DNA of 50,314 nucleotides from Candidatus Aminicenantes bacterium (GTDB taxonomy: Bacteria > Acidobacteriota > Aminicenantia > S016-38). The notes below the pieces were generated by a model. The model saw only the letters and a list, made by a program, of their open reading frames with translations. It was not told the DNA's origin and ran no database searches. The translations under genes were made by a program, and so were the position numbers. This document shows, in pieces, positions 44,295-50,314 of this stretch (position 1 is its first letter; every line of letters starts with the position of its first letter). The stretch covers positions 1 to 50,314 of the forward strand of contig JALVRF010000021.1 in assembly GCA_027025175.1 (NCBI GenBank), given 5' to 3'.

Positions 44295-44305
44295 GGAGGC
44301 TTAAA

Positions 44306-45478
44306 ATGAGAAAAATCGCACTAATCTTTACTCTTATTCCCCTCCTCCTGGCTCCTTTGAGGGCCGGGAATCTGTGGGAAAGGGCGGACAGAATTGTAAA
44401 GGAGACCATAATAATCGATGCCCATCAGGATGTTCCCACCACCCTCCTGAAGGAGGATGTTTCCCAGCCCAGGGCCAAGGGGCATTTTGACCTTCCCCGG
44501 GCCTTTCTCGGAGGGTTAACTGCCCCCTGTTTTGCTATCTTCACCTCAAATACCTACGATGAAAATCACCCTGCAGAATTTGCCCTCAGGGAATTGGCCA
44601 GGGTTTACGAATTCGCATTGAAAAATCGGGACAGAGTGCTCATAGCCTATTCCTACAGGGACATTCTGAAAGCAAAAAGGGAAGGGAAAATGGCCATAGT
44701 TATAACCATGGAGAATTCCTCCCCCATAGAGAACCCCTCCCAGCTCCTGCTATGGAAAAAATTAGGGCTGAGGATGGCCATATTAACCCATATGAGCACC
44801 AATAAATACGCGGATTCGGCTACGGACCAGGAAAAATGGGGAGGGCTAAGCCCCCAGGGAAAAGAAATGATTAAGAGGATGAACCTTCTGGGCATACTCG
44901 TTGATGTTTCCCACCTTTCGGACAAAGCGGCAGCCCAGGCAATAGAACTTACCACTCTTCCTCCGGTGGCCTCCCATTCCTGCGTGAGGGCCTTTAATCC
45001 CATAGCCAGGAACCTTCCCGACAGTCTCATAAAAGCCATAGCCTCCAAGGGAGGGGTAATAGGAATAAACTTCTTCCCGGTTTACCTTTCTCCGAAGGTT
45101 TACAAGAAATGGCAGGAAATTTACGGCGAATTCAGGAAAAAGATGAAGAGCGAAGGGAGGGAGAAGGCTGTTGAGTTTCTTAAAGGGAAGGTTAAAGAAC
45201 TGCCCACGGTAGGGGTTAAGGATGTGGTGAAGCAAATAAAATACATAGCCGACCTGGTGGGCATAGACCATGTGGGCCTGGGAAGTGATTTTGAAGGGAT
45301 ATCTGTAACTCCCAGGGGCCTTGAGGATGTGAGCATGTATAAAAACCTGGTATATGAAATGTTGAAGGAGGGATTTTCGGAAGAGGACATAAAAAAAGTG
45401 CTCGGGGAAAATTTCCTGAGGGTTTTCCGGGTGGCAGACAAGAGATATTGGAAAAACTTCCCTCAGATGGCAAAATAA
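44306..45478 (+). CDS. Exported M19 (renal-type) dipeptidase
   Basis: DAHQD, DVSHLS, ASHS, RNLPD, HVGLGSDFEG, LGENFLR; start moved to ATG 44306 (SD AAGGAGG, signal peptide). Confidence 0.92.
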   Translation: MRKIALIFTLIPLLLAPLRAGNLWERADRIVKETIIIDAHQDVPTTLLKEDVSQPRAKGHFDLPRAFLGGLTAPCFAIFTSNTYDENHPAEFALRELARVYEFALKNRDRVLIAYSYRDILKAKREGKMAIVITMENSSPIENPSQLLLWKKLGLRMAILTHMSTNKYADSATDQEKWGGLSPQGKEMIKRMNLLGILVDVSHLSDKAAAQAIELTTLPPVASHSCVRAFNPIARNLPDSLIKAIASKGGVIGINFFPVYLSPKVYKKWQEIYGEFRKKMKSEGREKAVEFLKGKVKELPTVGVKDVVKQIKYIADLVGIDHVGLGSDFEGISVTPRGLEDVSMYKNLVYEMLKEGFSEEDIKKVLGENFLRVFRVADKRYWKNFPQMAK

Positions 45479-45485
45479 TATCGGT

Positions 45486-45710
45486 ATGTGTTTGGCAGTG
45501 CCCATGAAAATTGTGGAAATTGACGGCCTTGATGCCGTGGCAGAGTTACAGGGAGTAAGGAGAAGGGTTCGCCTGGACCTGGTGGACGATTGTAAAGTGG
45601 GAGATTATGTGCTTATTCACGCTGGATTTGTTATAGAAAAACTGGACGAGGAGCAGGCGAAAAAGAGTCTGGAGACCTGGGAGGAATTTTTGTCCGCCCA
45701 GGAGAAATAA
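45486..45710 (+). CDS. hypC: Hydrogenase maturation chaperone HypC
   Basis: MCLAVP N-terminus, VGDYVLIHAGF. Confidence 0.95.
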   Translation: MCLAVPMKIVEIDGLDAVAELQGVRRRVRLDLVDDCKVGDYVLIHAGFVIEKLDEEQAKKSLETWEEFLSAQEK

Positions 45711-45711
45711 A

Positions 45712-46584
45712 CTATTTGTTACCGTTTCCCTTGATTTCCTGATAGGCCCTGTGAAGCAGTGACGAGGTCTTGATCTGCCTGAAGGGTATGTCCTTGGGCG
45801 AGACTATCATTGAATTTATTATCACCGCCGATACCACCTTCCATGGCGTAAGGTCAAAAATGTTGCCCCTTGGTTTGCAGCCCCTGGGGGCCTGCAGGTG
45901 GTCTCCGTTTTCCCGATAGAGGGAGAAATAGGAGTTCAGGTGCCCGTAAAGGACCTTTGAGGTATGCCCTATTACGAAGAAGGGCTTCTTGAACTGCTTG
46001 GCTGCCAGAGCCAGGGCAAAACTTCCGGCCCTGTTTATTACCCCCTGGGAAGTTATGGCATCGCTCCCTATGAAAACCATCTCCGCCTCCTGAACCATGG
46101 CGGGAAGGAAGGCATCGTAGGTGAATTCCACCTTGTAGCCTAACTGAAGAAGTTTTTCCGCCATGACCCTTCCCTCGTAATACGGCCTTCCCTCGGAAAG
46201 AATTACCGTAAGGTTTTTTCTTTCCCTCTCCTCCATGGCTTTAAGCAGAGAGAGGCTATGGGAAAAGAGAACCACCTTTCCCCGGGGAGGCATTAAGGAC
46301 GAAGCGATCTTCGCATTTTCCTCGGCTTCCCGGTCAATTTCCTTCCATATCATCCGCACCTCTTTATCGTTTTCCAGGGCGTTAAAAAAACGATGGAAGA
46401 AATTGATGAGAACCGCCATGGTGGGATGGGAATAAAGAAGATGGGCGATGGACCTGGCTATTTCCTCTACCTCCACTCCCCCTGCCAGGGCATCCATCAC
46501 CGCATCGTAACTTTCCCGAAGTATTGCGGAGGAGCCTAAAACTCTGTTCTGGGAAAGTTCCATTAATCTCTCTTTCCAATCCAT
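45712..46584 (-). CDS. eIF-2B alpha/beta/delta-like family protein
   Basis: HPTMA, SEGRPYYEG, GSDAI..VINRAGS..LAL.A, FDLTP; start moved to ATG 46584 (SD GGGGGTG). Confidence 0.85.
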   Translation of the reverse strand: MDWKERLMELSQNRVLGSSAILRESYDAVMDALAGGVEVEEIARSIAHLLYSHPTMAVLINFFHRFFNALENDKEVRMIWKEIDREAEENAKIASSLMPPRGKVVLFSHSLSLLKAMEERERKNLTVILSEGRPYYEGRVMAEKLLQLGYKVEFTYDAFLPAMVQEAEMVFIGSDAITSQGVINRAGSFALALAAKQFKKPFFVIGHTSKVLYGHLNSYFSLYRENGDHLQAPRGCKPRGNIFDLTPWKVVSAVIINSMIVSPKDIPFRQIKTSSLLHRAYQEIKGNGNK

Positions 46585-47072
46585 GCTTTCACCCCCAGGA
46601 TTGTAATGTATATGTAGGTAAAGAAGGAAGTTTCCCATAAAATTGCCCTGAAACTTTGTCCGCTGAGAATCCCTTCTATGGACGACTTATCGGTGGGAGG
46701 TATAAAGGGGAAGTTCAGAAGTTTATTCCAGAAAGGGTAAAAGGGACGAAAACCTATGGGGGGATTGTGGTCCACCATGAAGAGGTCCAGAAATATGTGA
46801 ATGGAATAAATGAGCAGAGAAAGGGCGGCCAATCTTATATTTTGGGTAAAAATATAAACCAGGGCAGAAAAAACCAGAGCGGCAAGGAAGGTGTGGGTTA
46901 AGCCCTGATGGTAAAACCCAGCCTTTTTTAAAACGGGAAATTTGTCCAGAAGGAGGTCCACATCTGGTAGTAAACCTACCGTTAAGAAGAAAACCATCCT
47001 TCCTGCCGAATATTCCTCTGCCGCCTGGATAATCCCCAGCGAGGTTAAACTATGACCAATTGGAGTTGGCAC
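46563..47072 (-). CDS. YdjM-like membrane metal-dependent hydrolase
   Basis: PIGH, LPDVD, HQGLTHT, HIFLD. Confidence 0.85.
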   Translation of the reverse strand: MPTPIGHSLTSLGIIQAAEEYSAGRMVFFLTVGLLPDVDLLLDKFPVLKKAGFYHQGLTHTFLAALVFSALVYIFTQNIRLAALSLLIYSIHIFLDLFMVDHNPPIGFRPFYPFWNKLLNFPFIPPTDKSSIEGILSGQSFRAILWETSFFTYIYITILGVKAWIGKRD

Positions 47073-47094
47073 AATAATAGTATACTATAAAATT
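47073..47094. promoter_or_regulatory. Symmetric bidirectional promoter
   Basis: 22-nt gap with palindrome ATAGTATACTAT; a -10 hexamer 6 nt before each GTG start. Confidence 0.65.
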
Positions 47095-47604
47095 GTGAAA
47101 ATCAAGCCGGTCAAGGTGAGGAGTATTGAAATTAAAGGGTTTGCCTTCTCCTGGGTGGAAAAGGAGGGGAGGGTTTTAAGGTCCTGTTTTTGCCCTCTGC
47201 AAAATTTAAAGGAAGAATTTCCATTTGCTGAAGAGGAGAAAGGAGGGGAAATTTACGAGATTCTAAAATTATATGCTCAGGGGATTAAAGTGGCCCTGGA
47301 GGAGGTTCCGGTAGTCTTAGAAGGGAGCGAATTCCAAAGGAGAGTTTGGAAATGGTTGAGGGGGGTGAAATTCGGGGAGGTGGTCACCTACGGTGAAATA
47401 GCCGCTGCCCTCGGGACTTCCCCCAGAGCAGTGGGGAGGGCTCTGGCTTCCAACAGTATTCCCCTTTTCGTTCCATGTCACAGGGTGATTGGCAGGGGAA
47501 GTTTAGGAGGATTTACCCCGGATGTTAAAATAAAAAGAATGCTTTTGACCCTTGAAGGAGGATATCATGATAAAAATGGGACACTGGAAGGATGTGCCCC
47601 CTGA
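47095..47604 (+). CDS. ogt: Methylated-DNA--protein-cysteine methyltransferase
   Basis: FQRRVW, TYGEIA, RAVG, PCHRV. Confidence 0.93.
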   Translation: MKIKPVKVRSIEIKGFAFSWVEKEGRVLRSCFCPLQNLKEEFPFAEEEKGGEIYEILKLYAQGIKVALEEVPVVLEGSEFQRRVWKWLRGVKFGEVVTYGEIAAALGTSPRAVGRALASNSIPLFVPCHRVIGRGSLGGFTPDVKIKRMLLTLEGGYHDKNGTLEGCAP

Positions 47605-47902
47605 GGAGATGATGGAGGGGGTTAAGATAAGATGGGTTATAGGAAAGGAACTGAACCCTCCCAATTTCTACTTCAGGGTTTTTGAAGTGGCTCCCGGGGC
47701 TTCAACCCCATACCATTCCCATCCCTGGGAACACGAAAGTTTTATACTGGAAGGCAAGGCAGGGATAAGATTTCCCGATGGCAGTTTAAAGGAGGCGGGG
47801 CCAGGAACCTATATCTTTATCCCGCCCAACGAGAAACACCAGTTTGTTAACTTAGGTGAGGGAACCCTGAGATTCATCTGCGTAATTCCCAAGCAGGATT
47901 AA
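47567..47902 (+). CDS. Cupin-domain protein
   Basis: TPYHSHPWEHE, IPPNEKHQF; start moved to ATG 47567 (SD AAGGAGG). Confidence 0.9.
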   Translation: MIKMGHWKDVPPEEMMEGVKIRWVIGKELNPPNFYFRVFEVAPGASTPYHSHPWEHESFILEGKAGIRFPDGSLKEAGPGTYIFIPPNEKHQFVNLGEGTLRFICVIPKQD

Positions 47903-48711
47903 TGAAAGCCTTTTTCAGGATTTATTCGGAATACCGCGCCCTTATAAAAACTCTTGTCAGCAGGGAACTAAAGGCAAGATACAGGGGTTCCATCCTTGGT
48001 TTCCTCTGGTCCTTCCTGAATCCACTTCTCCTCCTGGTGGTCTATACGGTGGTTTTCGGTTTTATACTCCGGCCCAGGGATCCTGCCTTTGCGGGAAATC
48101 CCTTTAATTACGCGCTATTTCTCTTCTCCGGACTTCTCCCATGGGTGTGGTTCTCGGCCTGCGTTCTTGAGGCCACCACCCTCATCTTAATAAACGGCAA
48201 CATACTCAAGAAGGTAATGTTCCCGGCGGAGGTTCTTCCCATAGTCAGCGTTACCGCAAATTTCATCCACTTTCTCTTTGGGGTTCCCATCCTCCTTGTT
48301 TTTGAAATTGCCCTGGGCCATCCCATTACCCCCTATGTTCTCCTTTCACCGCTGGTGATGCTGGTTCAATACACATTTTCCTTAGGGCTTTCCCTTCTCC
48401 TTTCCGCCCTGTCAGCCAACTTCCGGGACCTTCAGCACCTCATGGCCAATATAGTAACCCTTTGGTTCTTTGCCACTCCCATAATTTATCCTATGAGTTT
48501 CGGGGTAATACAGCAACATCGCTGGCTCAAGGCTATTCTGTACCTCAACCCCATGACCCACATAATTGAGGGCTATCAGCGGGCCTTTTACTATGGAAGC
48601 ATGATTCCCTACAAAAGGCTGGGGGTTACCTTTATCCTCTCCCTGATACTTCTCTGGCTGGGGTACTGGGTTTTTGATAGATTAAGGGATACATTCGTGG
48701 AAGAAGCATGA
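47902..48711 (+). CDS. wzm: Polysaccharide ABC exporter permease
   Basis: RELKARYRGSILGFLWSFLNPL, KKVMFP, FFATPIIYP, NPM. Confidence 0.92.
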   Translation: MKAFFRIYSEYRALIKTLVSRELKARYRGSILGFLWSFLNPLLLLVVYTVVFGFILRPRDPAFAGNPFNYALFLFSGLLPWVWFSACVLEATTLILINGNILKKVMFPAEVLPIVSVTANFIHFLFGVPILLVFEIALGHPITPYVLLSPLVMLVQYTFSLGLSLLLSALSANFRDLQHLMANIVTLWFFATPIIYPMSFGVIQQHRWLKAILYLNPMTHIIEGYQRAFYYGSMIPYKRLGVTFILSLILLWLGYWVFDRLRDTFVEEA

Positions 48712-49946
48712 AGGCAGTTATCCTTAAAGATGTCACCAAGTATTACAGAAGGTTCACCTCCAGAAGGAAGTTTCAGACCCTGAAGAGTGCCATACTGGAG
48801 AGAAACCTCTTCGCTCACCTCTCGCCCAAGGAGATTGTAAAGGCCGTGGACGGGGTGAGCCTGGAAATAGAAAAGGGGGAGACCTTCGGGATAATCGGGG
48901 AAAACGGCTCGGGCAAAAGTACCCTGCTTAAATTGATTGCCGGGATAACAAAGCCTACTTCCGGCACCATCCAGGTTAACGGTAAGGTATCGGCTTTAAT
49001 TGAACTGGGGGCGGGATTTCACCCGGAAATATCCGGGCGGGAAAACATCTACATAAACGGAATAATGCTGGGGCTTTCCAAAAAGGAGATAGACGAGAAA
49101 ATAGACGAAATCATAAAATTTGCGGAACTTGAAGACTTCATAGACATGCCTGTAAAGGCCTATTCCTCGGGGATGTACATGAGGTTGGGATTTTCTGTGG
49201 CCATAAATGTAAATCCTGACATACTGCTGGTGGATGAAGTCCTGGCAGTAGGGGATGCGTCCTTCGTTCAGAAGGGACTGGAAAAGATAAAGGAGATGAA
49301 GCGGGCAGGGAAAACCATAGTTTTCGTAACCCACGCCCTGGACCTTACCCAGAAGATTTGCCACAGGGTGGCGTGGATGAAGAAGGGGAAGGTTATGATG
49401 GTGGGCGAGCCCAAGGAGGTGGTGGACAGGTATCTAATGGATGCCCTGGGGAAGGAGTCGTCCGCAGAACTTAAGGCTACTTCCACGGACCGGTGGGGAA
49501 ACAGGGAAATAGAGATAAAGGAAGTCTGGCTGGAGAACCTACAGGGAAAAAGGACCACCCATTTTGATTACGGGGAAGGGATGAGGATAATCATGAAGGT
49601 GGAAGCTAAGAGTCGCCAGGAGGACTTTGTGTTTGGGGTGGGGATTTTCAACAGTGAGGGGGTGAATGTCTACGGCACCAACACCCATCTGGAGTATTTC
49701 AAGCCTAAGGCCATAGATGGCGAAGCCACGGTTATATTTGAAATACCAGCCCTTCATCTGATTAATGGGACTTACACAGTGGATGTGGCAGTTCACAGGG
49801 AGGATGGTTTTGCCTACGATTACATAAAAAATGCCCTTAAGTTTAGAGTTCATTCCCTTAGCCGTGAGGTTGGAATCTGGAGGCCTCCCCATGAATGGAG
49901 ATTTGAGGGTGGGGTTAAAATTGAACCTCCCCGGCGTAAAGATTAA
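48708..49946 (+). CDS. wzt: Polysaccharide ABC exporter ATPase with C-terminal Wzt_C domain
   Basis: GENGSGKS, ELGAGFHPE, YSSGM..RLGF, DEVLAVGD; RWGN...VYGTNT C-terminal domain. Confidence 0.93.
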   Translation: MKAVILKDVTKYYRRFTSRRKFQTLKSAILERNLFAHLSPKEIVKAVDGVSLEIEKGETFGIIGENGSGKSTLLKLIAGITKPTSGTIQVNGKVSALIELGAGFHPEISGRENIYINGIMLGLSKKEIDEKIDEIIKFAELEDFIDMPVKAYSSGMYMRLGFSVAINVNPDILLVDEVLAVGDASFVQKGLEKIKEMKRAGKTIVFVTHALDLTQKICHRVAWMKKGKVMMVGEPKEVVDRYLMDALGKESSAELKATSTDRWGNREIEIKEVWLENLQGKRTTHFDYGEGMRIIMKVEAKSRQEDFVFGVGIFNSEGVNVYGTNTHLEYFKPKAIDGEATVIFEIPALHLINGTYTVDVAVHREDGFAYDYIKNALKFRVHSLSREVGIWRPPHEWRFEGGVKIEPPRRKD

Positions 49947-50032
49947 TCCTGCAGGTGTATACATCGCCTGAAAAAAGGGTTTTTCTTTTTAGGGACAGAC
50001 CCTAAATAATGAATAAATGAAAATAAACACCA

Positions 50033-50314
50033 TTGACGATTAAAATTTTCCTCAAGGATCAAGAATTTCGTTCATTTTCTGAGACTTAAAAAATAGAAAA
50101 GACTAAGTTCCACAGGGTTAATGACTACAGGAAAAAGATTCACAGAGACCTTCGCTTTGGCCCATCTTCCCCTCACCTTATGGATGACTACCTTCTTTGC
50201 CTAAGGGCAAAGGAATCAATGGAGAAAAGGCTGGGGGTTGCCCTCATCGCCAGCGATGGCAGGATTTACCTATATCTTTTCTTTTACACGGGCCCTGTGA
50301 GTGAGAAACGGACA
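50033..50314 (+). other. Possible gene remnant or 5' end of a gene truncated by the window edge
   Basis: Frame from TTG 50033 has a single stop (TAA 50087), then stays open from 50090 to the window end; no recognisable motif. Confidence 0.2.

Noticed and set aside
44290-44304. TTTAAGGAGGCTTAA identical to 2416-2430
   Set aside because: Mostly the SD consensus in AT-rich context; insufficient for a repeat element
47067-47082. TGGCAC resembling a sigma54 -24 box
   Set aside because: The -12 position reads TAGT rather than TTGC, and the hexamer overlaps a start codon on the minus strand

Overview
A gene-dense bacterial chromosome segment. The Lys/Glu-rich proteins and AGG/GAG-rich codons suggest a thermophile; lpxB, an outer-membrane barrel and Wzm/Wzt indicate a diderm. 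The DUF507 pair, sulfatase-TPR, kinase-TPR and short GspG-like pilins suggest an Acidobacteriota/Aminicenantia-like lineage (inference only). I call 41 CDSs plus one doubtful ORF at the right edge, and one tRNA-Leu(CAG). Housekeeping genes include ppdK (partial), lgt, smc, gltX, HU, lpxB, pnp, rpsO, glnA, hypC and ogt. There are also two sigma54-type two-component pairs, three peptidases and several transporters. No mobile element, CRISPR array or defence island was seen. Most notable: (1) an operon encoding an ATP-citrate-lyase/citryl-CoA-synthetase-like beta subunit fused to a 2x[4Fe-4S] ferredoxin, an alpha subunit and a class II aldolase; (2) about ten genes with no Shine-Dalgarno and a -10 hexamer 6-7 nt before the start codon, implying widespread leaderless mRNAs, including symmetric bidirectional promoters; (3) a two-gene unit of a Tyr-rich S8 protease (PKD/FN3 tail) and a small beta-barrel; (4) an SMC with a shortened, degenerate hinge; (5) three pilins embedded in an rpsO-pnp-lpxB operon. 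All calls come from reading motifs by eye; no database searches were run.
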